Shown in pieces: positions 31,195 through 43,955 of a stretch of 64,000 nucleotides of DNA. Each line of letters begins with the position of its first letter. The first letter of the stretch is position 1. The notes under the pieces were generated by a model, which was not told where the DNA came from, made no database searches, and worked only from the letters and a program-made list of their open reading frames with translations. The stretch is from the NCBI GenBank assembly GCA_964016885.1, contig OZ024741.1, forward strand, positions 54,250,001-54,314,000, read 5' to 3'. The position numbers and the translations under genes are program-made. The DNA comes from Eledone cirrhosa. Taxonomy: Eukaryota.

Positions 31195-31490
31195 TTAGGG
31201 AGTCGCTCCAGGCAAAGTTGCTACTACCCCGTACCAAGAGATTACAACTCCGGTAATACGGAGCAGAATACCTAAGGAAAGAATCGCTAAACAGGTTTTA
31301 TGGGCAAAACCAAAAGGTAGGGGACCTAAAGATAGCCATGACGAAGTTGGTTGGACAACAATCATGACCTCGGTTTCTCTCTCTTGGTGTTCAAGCAGGA
31401 TCAAATGGAGACATTTGCTTCTGATAGTGAGGCGTATCTGAGGAGGCTGAAACCACCACCTTCCCACAAATAAGTGGGTAACGGACCTAG
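31195..31490 (+). mobile_element. Degenerate 3' end of an RTE-clade LINE
   Basis: Reads RLQLR*YG..RIPKERIAKQVLWAKPKGRGP..WLDNNHDLG, matching the RTE pattern QLRWFGH..RMP.ER..KQVL...P.G.RPRGRP..W.D. Confidence 0.65.
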
Positions 31491-31535
31491 GTTTCTGTAT
31501 ATGAAATATATATACATATGTATATGTATATGTAC

Positions 31536-31613
<78 letters not shown>

Positions 31614-31619
<6 letters not shown>

Positions 31620-32618
31620 CTTATGTTTACCGAATTCGCAGACCAGACCCCTTCTTCTTCCTCCCGTTAGACCTGTGCGAAATTTCTTCCTTGCTCACAT
31701 TTCAACCAGGTCTGATGGTCTTTATTCTCTAGTTCACGATTTTATCGAGTTTATATTCATAGAAATCTGGGACTTGTCTCTTTCCTCTCACTTTCTGTTG
31801 CTTAAACCATTTTGTTTGTTCACCCTAACGTTCTCTTTATTTACGTGTCCCAACGACTTTTTTTAGCCGTTGTTCGCACCAACCTGAGGTATATGGCCCT
31901 TAAAGCGATGAAATGCCTAGGACGGTTGGAGGGTCACTGATGAAGGACTCACTTTTTTATATGTAACCCATTTGCAACGCCGCAGCTCCATTATTATCAT
32001 ATTTACACATATTTTTTCCTCTGCTGCCACCCGTCTTTTTCTCTCTTTGTATCTTTACCCTTTCTAGCATTCTCTCTCTCTGTTAGCCTCCTCCTCAACT
32101 TTCACTCACTCATACCCTGTCACTACCTCTCCTCCACTCCTCTTTCTTCCCGCTTGACCTGTCCGATTTCTTTTCTCGCGCACTCTTGGCCAAGCCGGTA
32201 TGAATTTATTTTCTCTCTCTCTCTCGTCTGCGTCTTCACAGAACTTATGTTTACCGAATTCGCAGACCAGACCCCTTCTTCTTCCTCCCGTTAGACCTGT
32301 GCGAAATTTCTTCCTTGCTCACATTTCAACCAGGTCTGATGGTCTTTATTCTCTAGTTCACGATTTTATCGAGTTTATATTCATAGAAATCTGGGACTTG
32401 TCTCTTTCCTCTCACTTTCTGTTGCTTAAACCATTTTGTTTGTTCACCCTAACGTTCTCTTTATTTACGTGTCCCAACGACTTTTTTTAGCCGTTGTTCG
32501 CACCAACCTGAGGTATATGGCCCTTAAAGCGATGAAATGCCTAGGACGGTTGGAGGGTCACTGATGAAGGACTCACTTTTTTATATGTAACCCATTTGCA
32601 ACGCCGCAGATCCATTAT

Positions 32619-32622
<4 letters not shown>
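31614..32622 (+). repeat. Tandem ~624-bp non-coding unit (~1.6 copies) between (TA)n tracts
   Basis: ACAGAACTTATGTTTACCGAATTCGC starts at 31614 and 32238, with near-identical continuation. Confidence 0.92.
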
Positions 32623-32664
<42 letters not shown>

Positions 32665-32683
32665 GTGTGTGTGTATATATAAG

Positions 32684-32718
<35 letters not shown>

Positions 32719-32725
32719 GTGTATA

Positions 32726-32872
<147 letters not shown>

Positions 32873-33155
32873 CAACTAACTGTATGTATCGTTTATCCCT
32901 TTAAACCTTCTACTCTCTCACGATACTAAAATATTCTCTCTCTATATATATATGTATATATACATATATATATATGTGTGTATATATGTATATATATATA
33001 TATATCGTTTCTGAATTTGTTTAGTAAGATTCTTTATCTGAAAACGTGTGTTGAAACCGATATTGTTATACTTTGGGAGGGTCATGTTGCCAATAAGAAA
33101 TAGACGCAGCATGGTGCGTGTGTTCCTTATTGGCAACATGACCCTCCCAAAGTAT

Positions 33156-33207
<52 letters not shown>

Positions 33208-33914
33208 CGAATGAGTTGTGAAGGAAGCAGATGGACCATAACGCACCAGAGTACTCAGTACTTAGGGTAGTAGAGTGGGTAATAGGAAAATGTATGACCC
33301 CGAGCTCAAGCCGATAGGCGTCGAAACGGCTTGAGCTCTGCCGTCGGGATCATACATTTTCCTACATATATATATTTAAAATGCTATAGTCTAAAATCTT
33401 ATGTCATTTGATTAATTGACTATTTTCAATTAACTTAAACGGTCACGCATTATTCTTTCCCCCTATCTAATTATACGCTATTTACATCTTACAGTGCATA
33501 TCTTCCTCCCTTTGATTTTATGATTTAACTTATTTTCCTCTCTCTATCATTTGGTCATTTCTCCCTTCTCTTGTTCCTACGATCAAACCTCCTTCTTTTT
33601 TTCTCTTTTTCTCTTTTTCTCCCTTTCCTCATGATTTGCTATCTCGATCTATCACTTACACTATCAACAATAATGAGGTATGAATATATTATTATTATTT
33701 AAATGTTTAACAGTTATATAAGTTTATGTATTATATATTATTAGTTATTTATTATTATGTATCTTTTTACACATTCTCATAGGCACCATCTGTATTATAT
33801 GTAATTTTTCATGTTTCAACTTAAGGTATATAAATATCGAGTTTTGTCATAACTAATCACTGCCATGACTAAATTATAACCATCAACATAGTCAAGGTAT
33901 GTCAGGCATCAACT

Positions 33915-33980
33915 TATTTTATCTGATGAGGACGTACTGTTGAAATAGCTCAGTATCTCTGAAATATGTATAATAAAATA
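33915..33980 (+). ncRNA. Minimal type I hammerhead ribozyme motif
   Basis: TATTTTAT-CTGATGA-G..GTACTG/CAGTAT..T-GAAA-T ATGT A-TA-ATAAAATA; 8-bp stem I, intact core, 2-bp stem III, AUA site. Confidence 0.7.
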
Positions 33981-34564
33981 TATTTGATCACACGAATGTC
34001 TATATTTATTAATATTTTGAAGTAATATATATATATATATATATATTGAGAGAGAGAGAGAAATAGAGAGAGAGAGAGATAAAGAGAATGTAATCTTTGG
34101 AACATTTTTTTTAAAGACTTTCTCTTAAATTATATGTGTATCTAAGGAGTGCAGCTAAGGGTTGAGTATTTAGGCTATGGGTATAAGAATGTAAATAGAA
34201 TTAAGTAACCGATTCCATTGTCGTCAATAATTTTCTGCTTTATGGGTTGTCTGAATATTTTAACAAAAGATCTTTGTCTCCTGATCTTGTTTAGATGTCT
34301 ACTTGAAAGATAACGGAGTGCTAAGATCGTGATCTTCTGTCAAAGTGCCTCAGCAGCTTGTAAAATCGATAAAATATCAATCTGCTGACTGACAGGGGGA
34401 TATATGTCGTCTCCGAAATGAATTGAATGATGTCATTGAACGTCATCTCAATGCCGGAAGTGATGGCAATGATTACATACTCGACTAGAACTACTCCGCT
34501 TTAAAATGTCTTCTTCTTATGTGAGATATTGAACGTTCAAGAACTGCAAATATAACAAATATTA

Positions 34565-35100
34565 AGTATGTATGTATGTATGTATGTATGTATGTATGTA
34601 TGTATGTATGTATGTATGTATGTATGTATGTTGTATGTATGGATGGATGGATGCATGTATGTATGTATGTATGCCTGTATGCATGTATGTATGTATGTAT
34701 GTATGTATGTATGGATGGATAGATGGATGGATACATGTATGTATGTATGTATGTATGCCTGTATGCATGTATGTATCTATGTATGTATGTATGCCTGTAT
34801 GTATGTATGTATGTATGAATGTATGTATACATGTATGTATGTATGAATTGATGGATGGTTGTATGTATGCATGTCTGTATGTATCCATGTATGTATGCAT
34901 GTATGTATGTATACATGTATCTATGTATGTATGCGTGTATGTATGTGTGTATGTATACATGTAGGTATGTGTGTATGTATGCATGTATGTATGCGTGTAT
35001 GCAAGTATGCATGCATGTATGTGTGTGTGTATGTATGCATGTATGCAAGTATGTATGTTATATGTATATGTGTGTGTGCGTGTGCGTGCGTGTGTGTGTG
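34565..35100. repeat. (TATG)n-rich tetranucleotide microsatellite
   Basis: Directly visible. Confidence 0.95.
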
Positions 35101-35607
35101 TGTACCAGTACCAGTAATACACTGGGGTATAGCTGGCCTTGTGCCAAAAGTAGAAACAATTATTATTAAAAAAATTTAAGGAAAGATTTTAAGAAAAAAA
35201 TATATTAAAGTTAATAATAGACTATTACTATGTATCTATGTATATACTTGTCTGGAACATATTTGTGAGGGTGTAGAGAGAGTGAAATAATTATATTTAT
35301 TTTTATTTATTTTATTATTTTATTATATATTTTGGAAGTATTTATAATATAATGTGTGAATTAAAAATGTGTTAAATTGAGAGAATATTAATTTATAATC
35401 TGAGAAATATATTGTGTTTATATATACGATTGAGTCTCTTCTATTGGTGTATTATAATATTATAAAGATAGTATTTATAAGTATATTTGAGGAAGATTAC
35501 AGTTGTAAGTATATTTTATTTTATTATATTACGACAGATTAGTAATATATATATAAACAGTTATAAACTAATTTTGTTGAATAATTTACAAATAGAATAA
35601 CTCATTG

Positions 35608-35674
<67 letters not shown>

Positions 35675-35679
<5 letters not shown>

Positions 35680-36968
35680 TGATAATAATGGAGTTGCGGC
35701 GCTGCAAATGGGTTACATATGAAAAAGTTTGTCCTCATCAGTGGCCTTCCAACCGTCGTAGGCAGTTCGTCGCTTTAAAGGCCATATACCTCAGGTTGGT
35801 GCGAGCAACGGCTAAAGAAAGTCGTTGGGACACGTAAATGAAGGGGACGTTAAGGTAAACAAACAAAATGGTTTAAGCAACAGAAAGTGATGAAGAAGAA
35901 AGAAACAAGTCCCAGATTTCTATGAATATAAATTCGGTGGAATCGTGAACGAGAGAATAAAGACCATCAAACCTGGTTGAAATGTGAGCAAGGAAGGAAT
36001 TTCGCACAGGTCTAACGGGAGGAAGAAGGGGTCTGGTCTGCGAATTCGGTAAACATAAGTTCTGTGAAGTCGCAGGCGAGAGAGAGAGAAAAAAATTTCA
36101 TACCGGCTTGGCCAAGTGTCCGCGAGTAAAGGATTACGGACAGGTCAAACGGGAAGAAAGGGGAGGAGGAGAGGTAGTGACAGAGAGTGAGTGAGTGAAA
36201 GGTGAGGAAGAGGCTAACAGAGAGAGAGAGAGACTGCTAGAAAGGGTAAAGACACAAAGAACGAAACAGACTGGTGGCAGCGGAGGAAAAGATATATGTG
36301 TAAATATGATAATAATGGAGTTGCGGCGCTGCAAATGGGTTACATATGAAAAAGTTTGTCCTCATCAGTGGTCTTCCAGCCGTCGTAGGCATTTCGTCGC
36401 TTTAAAGGCCATATACCTCAGGTTGGTGCGAGCAACGGCTAAAAAAAGTCGTTGGGACACGTAAATAAAGGGGACGCTAGGGTAAACAAACAAAATGGTT
36501 TAAGCAACAGAAAGTGATGAAGAAGAAAGAAACAAGTCCCAGATTTCTATGAATATAAATTCGGTGGAATCGTGAACGAGAGAATAAAGACCATCAAACC
36601 TGGTTGAAATGTGAGCAAGGAAGGAATTTCGCACAGGTCTAACGGGAGGAAGAAGGGGTCTGGTCTGCGAATTCGGTAAACATAAGTTCTGTGAAGTCGC
36701 AGACGAGAGAGAGGAAAAAAAAATTCATACCGCCTTGGTAAGTGCCCGCGAGTAAAGGATTACGGACAGGTCAAACGGGAAGAAAGGGGAGGAGGAGAGG
36801 TAGTGACAGAGAGTGAGTGAGTGAAAGGTGAGGAAGAGGCCAACAGAGAGAGAGAGAGACTGCTAGAAAAGGTAAAGACACAAAGAACGAAACAGTCTGG
36901 TGGCAGCGGAGGAAAAAATATATGTGTAAATATGATAATAATGGAGCTGCGGCGCTGCAAATGGGTTA
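35675..36968 (-). repeat. Tandem ~626-bp unit (~2.05 copies), same family as 31614-32622, opposite orientation
   Basis: TAAATATGATAATAATGGAG starts at 35675, 36301 and 36927; reverse complement of the 31.6-32.6 kb unit. Confidence 0.92.
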
Positions 36969-37244
36969 TATATATATATATATATACTAGCAGAATGGCC
37001 CGGCGATGTTCGGGATTCTAAACATAGATATTGATTGGCATGTTTATCCCTCCTTTCTGAAACAGTACACAGATGCACGGAATACCCCGGCCTTGGGATG
37101 GTGTCTACATGTTGTGCTTATAAAAAAGATTCGTCGTAGATTACCAGGGTTTTTTTTCGTGCGAAGAAAATCAATACTTTGTCGCGAAATAAATCATTTT
37201 GTTATTGTGTATTGTGTATGCGAATATATCTGTACACGAATATA

Positions 37245-37320
<76 letters not shown>

Positions 37321-37489
37321 TTTAAGCAAAGAATCGCTGCTTTCACATTTTACGGAATCTTCTGAAGCTAAAAAAGTCAATCTGCGAACGCAGAAGTAAA
37401 TATTTCGAATATATATATATGTGTAAATGAAGTAATTCCGTCGGAAAAGTCCAGGAAAAAAGAATGATCTATGTAGGTAACAGAGCTTA

Positions 37490-37723
37490 ATAGTTATGTA
37501 ATAAACAACCTAAGGCAATTATTTCATTTACCAGTGGTTTCTTAAAAGCAAAAAATTTTGTTTTCAATCATCAGAATGAAAAAATCCTGGTGTATTTATT
37601 GGCGTTGGATTTTAAAAACAAAAATGCAATCTATATGAAAGTGAGGCTGGAAAAGGAAGAAGGAAAGGAAAAATAAAATAAAAACACACATGCAAACACA
37701 CACACACACATAATTATATACAT

Positions 37724-37757
<34 letters not shown>

Positions 37758-37808
37758 ACACACATACATACACACACACATACACACACACACACACATA
37801 CATACACA

Positions 37809-37863
<55 letters not shown>

Positions 37864-38036
37864 GTGTATATATATACATACACATACATATACACATATA
37901 TACATACACACATAAATATCAACATATCCATACATACACATACATATATATACACATACCAACATTTTTTTTATTTTTAGATATTAATTTTTTTTGTGTG
38001 TTGCGTATATGTATGTATATGTGTATATATGTATAT

Positions 38037-38086
<50 letters not shown>

Positions 38087-38192
38087 ATGTATATGTGTGT
38101 GTATATGTATATGTGTATGTATATATGTGTGTGTATGTATGTTTATATGTATATATAATCGTATATATTATATATTTCTGTTGTATTTGTGC

Positions 38193-38236
<44 letters not shown>

Positions 38237-38240
38237 ATAT

Positions 38241-38310
<70 letters not shown>

Positions 38311-38839
38311 ATATGTGTATGTATGTATGTGTGTATATATAGATTTAATGTCTTAGTAAGGGCGTGTGTATGTATTTTTTTATATAATGGTTTTGTGTGT
38401 ATATATATAATAGCCTCAGAAACGGGTTGAGCTCTGCCGTGGGGTCAGACTTTTTCCTATGTGTGTGTATATATATATATATTTACGTAATTGTATGTGT
38501 GTATATTTCTGTGGTTGTGTTTTTGTGTGTGAGTGTGTATGTATATATATATGTATATATATATGTATATGTATGGGTGTATGTATATGCATCATTACAT
38601 ACAGTGATTTAATGATTATTTTCATTGATCTTTTGCTCCAGGAACTTGTTGAGTGCTCCAAATCTGCTATAAGCATTTATACCCTTTTCTAAATATATAT
38701 TTTTTTTATTTATTATTTGTCGTATTCCCAACTTTTTATTTTCATTTTTATTTTTATCTTTAATTTCATTTTCATATATACAATATTTTTTTATATATAC
38801 AATATTTAGTTTTTATATATAAATATAATGTTTATGTTT

Positions 38840-38882
<43 letters not shown>

Positions 38883-38984
38883 TATATGTATGTGTGTGTG
38901 TGTGTGTATGTATGTATGCATACGTATGTGTATTTATATATGTGTGTGTAGGTATATATGTGTATGTGAGTATGTATGTATGTG

Positions 38985-39025
<41 letters not shown>

Positions 39026-40063
39026 TATAGAATGCCGTTAGCTTCTTGCTAAAACAATCTCTATACCTCTCATAATTTATCTGAGTGTCCCGAATCTTCC
39101 ATATCGCAATTTTTCGGTTGTTTGGTTGATTGTAGACATATTCTACGTGTGACGGTATTTTAACGATAGTTATAGCTCTGATTTATTTGAATTATGGAGC
39201 TCTCTGCCGCTCATCTCGAATTTTGTTTATCGTGAACTCGTGCGCCGATTTTTCGATACTCGATTATTCTACTATATATATATTTTTTACAGTTATCAAG
39301 GTTCATATGAATTATCTAATGAGTTTTACACACATACATATGTGTGTGTTTGTATTTGTATATATGTGTTTGTGATATGTATGTATATGTATGTGTATAT
39401 TTGTATGGATATGTATGTATATATATATATATGTATGTGTGTGTGTGCGTGTGTGTATATATATGTATATGTGTGTGTGTATGTAATTGTGTATGCGTAT
39501 GTATGTGTTTATGTATTTGTATATGTATATTTATGTGTGAGAGTGTGTGTATGTATTTATTTTTACCTATGTATGTGTACGTGCATTTATGTGTATTGCT
39601 TACCACGTGTGTTTGTTCATTTATTCGTTGCCTGTATCGCTGTCAACATTATAATAGTCTTTATATTCATTTTTATTTTTTATTATTATATATTTTTTCT
39701 TATATTTATTTGTGTGTGAGTATTAGAGGTGTGTGTATATATTTCTATGTTTGTGCATGCGTATGCATGCGTGTATATATGTGTGTATGTATGTGTATGT
39801 ATGTACGTGTGTATATACGTATGATTGTGTGTATGTATGTATGTGTATGTATGTATGTGTATGTATATGTGTATGTATATGTGTATGTATATATATGTGT
39901 ATGTGTATATATATATATATCTACATATATATGTGTATGTGTATGTATGGATATGTTGATATTTATGTGTGTATGTATGTATGTGTATATGTATGTGTAT
40001 GTATATATATACATATATATATATGTGTGTGTGTGTGTGTATATGTGTGTGTATGTATGTGTG

Positions 40064-40106
<43 letters not shown>

Positions 40107-40343
40107 ATGTATATAATTGTGTGTGTGTGTGTGTGTTTGCATGTGTTTTTTTATTTTATTTTTCCTTTCCTTCTTCCTTTTCCAGCCTCACTTTCATATA
40201 GATTGCATTTTTGTTTTTAAAATCCAACGCCAATATATACACCAGGATTTTTTCATTCTGATGATTGAAAACAAATTTTTTTTGCTTTTAAGAAACCACT
40301 GGTAAATGAAATAATTGCCTTATGTTGTTTATTACATAACTAT
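37490..40343. repeat. Large inverted duplication (arms ~37490-37952 and ~39926-40343)
   Basis: Unique ~200-bp segment plus the adjoining compound microsatellite are mirrored. Confidence 0.88.
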
Positions 40344-40361
40344 ATATATATATATATATAT

Positions 40362-40428
<67 letters not shown>

Positions 40429-40440
40429 TTAATATAGATG

Positions 40441-40491
40441 AGATTCTACAGGACTAGAACTGTTTCATTCATTAGAAATCATCAGGAATCT
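40441..40491 (-). ncRNA. Type I hammerhead ribozyme motif (left arm of fold-back)
   Basis: Reverse complement of 40872-40922. Confidence 0.8.
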
Positions 40492-40871
40492 GGTATCAAA
40501 AAATAAATATGGTATTTATAGGTCTCTTCAGGTGGTAGGAGAGGGTGGGGAGTGGGATGGGTGTAGGTCATTGGTTGATAGAAAAGGGAATTCATTAAAA
40601 GCTAATTCTTCAAAGCTATAGTTTATATTTAGAGTAACAAAGGCAGAAAGAATTCTATAAACAAGTTCAGAATGGGGTGCCACTCCTTATTTTTAAGTTT
40701 CTCTTAAGCTAACAATGCCTAGATTTCAGGTATCTATAAGATCATTGGGGGTCAGTCATGGTTGATGGATTTAAAGAAAAGGGAAATTCTTTAAAAGTTT
40801 TTAAAGAATTTCCCTTTTCTTTAAATCCATCTGAAGAGACCTATAAATACCATATTTATTTTGTGATACCC

Positions 40872-40922
40872 AGATTCCTGATGATTTCTAATGAATGAAA
40901 CAGTTCTAGTCCTGTAGAATCT
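40872..40922 (+). ncRNA. Type I hammerhead ribozyme motif (right arm of fold-back)
   Basis: AGATTC-CTGATGA-T TTC TAAT GAA T-GAAA-CAG TTCTAGTC CTG-TA-GAATCT; 6-bp stem I, intact core, 4-bp stem III, GUA site. Confidence 0.82.
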
Positions 40923-41004
40923 CATCTATATTAAAACTTTTATACTCTGCAATGTATTGAGTACCTTACTTACTGTGGTTACCTCCGATTCAACCCGGGA
41001 TAAC

Positions 41005-41037
<33 letters not shown>

Positions 41038-41458
41038 TTTTGCAAATATTCTGATATGAAGTCGTGTGTTGAAACAAAAATTGTTATACTTGGGGAGGGT
41101 CATATTATTATAATATTGCTAGAATAATAGAACACACTCACTGTTTGGTTTGGGTTGATTTTCGCTTCTGCATCTTTTATATCTCCATAGTTAATTTATT
41201 GGGCAATCAATGTTTATTGGCGAACTCACACACGCACACCAAACAGGAAACACACGCGCAAACGCATGCGCAAAGAGAGACAGAGACAAGAATATATAAA
41301 TAGATTAATTAGATAAAAATGGCGTAGGCATTACAATATAATGGGAGGAAACATAATAGTACCAGTAATGTCACAGATGTGTGATGAAAGAACTTTGATA
41401 GACTATATATATATATTTATATATATATATATATATTATATAGTATATATATATATTT

Positions 41459-41548
<90 letters not shown>

Positions 41549-42523
41549 GTAGAACAGTGGAAGGTAATATCCGTAGTGGTAGAGCACTCAGTCCATGGGA
41601 CGAGTTAGGTAGAAGTGTTTACACAACAGTTAGTTCAGCATACCGAGAACAATTGTTTCACCTGAACGGATCCTCAGCTCGTAATGGGCATGGTTATACG
41701 GAACAAGAAGGACAATCGTACGAACGCGCATGCGCAGAAAACCCTCACTTCACACAGGCAATACTAAAATGCGTGCGAGAGGTGTAAGGGAGATAACTGC
41801 GAAAGTCCGAAAACTTTAGTTGATAAGAAAAAATATTGATGTTGTTACAATAATTCATTCAATCCGGAGCCTTATAGTTATGCAATAGGTGTTTCGAGAC
41901 GTGTGGACAACGTGTGAAAATGTACACGTTATTAGTACGTAAGGAAACGAAACAGCTGGTTAATGATAATTGTATATCATATACACCCGGATTATTGATT
42001 ATTTGTTTACAGTCTAATTAGAGCTGTTACATCTGCAACTGTTATTCTCAGTAGTTATGTAATATCTGCAGACAATACACAACTGCGCGCTGCAGTATGT
42101 TCTGAGTGGGAGATTGTCCACCTCAAACGGAAATGTTTATCTACAACGTCACACCGAAGTGCTGTCCCTTCCATTACTAAGTGTAGCAGATTCCGGCTTG
42201 TAGTGACACGCGACATAACATAGCGGAGATCTGACAAACTGACTGTTGTGAAGAAATAACATGGCGAGAAATTGAAAAACGGAATTCTTACCATAAGCTC
42301 TAAACCAGACAAAAGCTTCAAGAAACAAATAAATAAAAGTTCTCCAGAAGCTCGACGTTACCGTTAACGATTTAGATGGGCTGGTGCAGGGCCTCCGGCT
42401 ATGGATGGCACAGGTGTACTTGGTCGGTTCTGCGCACGATTATACCTCTGAGCAAGCTGACCCAGGATGATCCCAGACCCATCGACGAGCAAGTGCAAAG
42501 AAGAAAGGAGATAAATATATATA

Positions 42524-42577
<54 letters not shown>

Positions 42578-42901
42578 TATGTGTAGAAGTAAACACAGTA
42601 AATCCTGTGTCTAAAATTACAAGGGTAGATTACACCACAAATGTTACATTTAATTTAACCTCAATCATATGGGATTTTAAAAGATTTCTTATAAGATTTC
42701 TCATACATACCATATCAATAACAATTTCATCTCCCGGACAGACTAAAGATTTAATCTGTTTCGCCCTGAATAAATCGTGTTTGTAACAAGTAATCCGTAA
42801 GCATTTCGTCAGCGAGAGATAAGATTAAATGATACACAAGTGCAGGGTATCTATATGAGTTAATAACTCTATATTTTATTTGTATATATATATATATATA
42901 T

Positions 42902-43281
42902 ATTATAAAATAACAGGAGGCTGGACTGGTGTAAATCCTTAAAAGGTTTATTATACTATGATCATTTCAATGACCGGGTTCAGTATGAATCCGGTGAAAT
43001 CATCAAGTATTCAAAATATAACAAAGGAATATAACAGATAAAATTCATGGGGCTGAAAATCAGAGACAAGAGGACGACGGACTATTTAGCAGCTTCTACC
43101 TCAGTCGTCGTCATGTCTCTGATTTTCAGCCCTATGGATTTTATCTGTTATATTCCTTTGTTATATTTTGAATACCTGATGATGTCACCGGATTCATACT
43201 GAACCCGGTCATTGAAATGATCATAGTATAATAAACCTTTCAAGAATTTACACTAGTCCAGCCTCCTATTATTTTATAATA
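42902..43281. repeat. Fold-back element (~178-bp arms) with a hammerhead motif in each arm
   Basis: 42902-43078 is the reverse complement of 43104-43281. Confidence 0.9.
43172..43229 (+). ncRNA. Minimal type I hammerhead ribozyme motif with palindromic loop 3
   Basis: ATAC-CTGATGA-..ACCGG/CCGGT..-GAAA-T GATC A-TA-GTAT. The mirrored copy at 42953-43010 (-) has C3>U. Confidence 0.7.
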
Positions 43282-43955
43282 ATTAACTCCGTACTCGCAC
43301 CACCAACTACACAAATGAAGACGGGTGAGTTGCATTACGTTGAGTCCTCTCCATAATATTACATCGAGGTTGACCATATGGAATGACCAGTTCTATACAG
43401 TGGTGAACCAACAAACCTAAATATATATATATACATATATATAAAACGAAGCAAGTGTGGTAAGGAACCAGATGGACCATAACGCACAGAGTACTCAATA
43501 TTTGCGGTAGTAGAGTGGGCAATAGGAAAATGTTCAAGACCCCGACGGCAGAGCTCAAGCCGTTTCGATGGCTATTTCCAGAAATAACCGTCGAAACGGC
43601 TTGATCTCTGCCGTCGGGATCTTGAACATTTTCATATATGTATATATAAATAAAGAGAGAGAGGGGGGAGAGATGATAGATAGATAGATATGTTTCTTTT
43701 ATTTGCCACCAGGGCATCAAAAGTGGGACAAGTACAATGGGGGGAGTTTACAAAACAAGGCGTCCTCAATAAGGAGGAGGCAATAACAATATATAAAAAT
43801 AAAATAAAATATAACAAAAAATAAAATTTATAACAAAGTCCTCAATAGAGAGGAGGCGCCTTGGGGGGGTCGCACACACCCCCGAAAAAAGTGTGCAACC
43901 CTTCTCCTCAGGAGCACAGAGAAGGGGTGCTCCCTTGGTCTTTCATCTTCCTCAC

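Noticed and set aside
31905-31975. Intact hammerhead in the 625-bp unit
   Set aside because: CTGATGA is present but no correctly placed GAAA and NUH with consistent stems in any copy; at most degenerate.
33025-33075. Hammerhead in the ATACTTTGGGAGGGTCATG family (CTGAAAA..GAAAC..GTT)
   Set aside because: No copy has the CUGANGA core; possibly derived from one but not supportable.
41565-42510. Possible solo LTR or host exon
   Set aside because: No TG..CA termini, TSD, PBS/PPT or recognisable protein motif; left unassigned.
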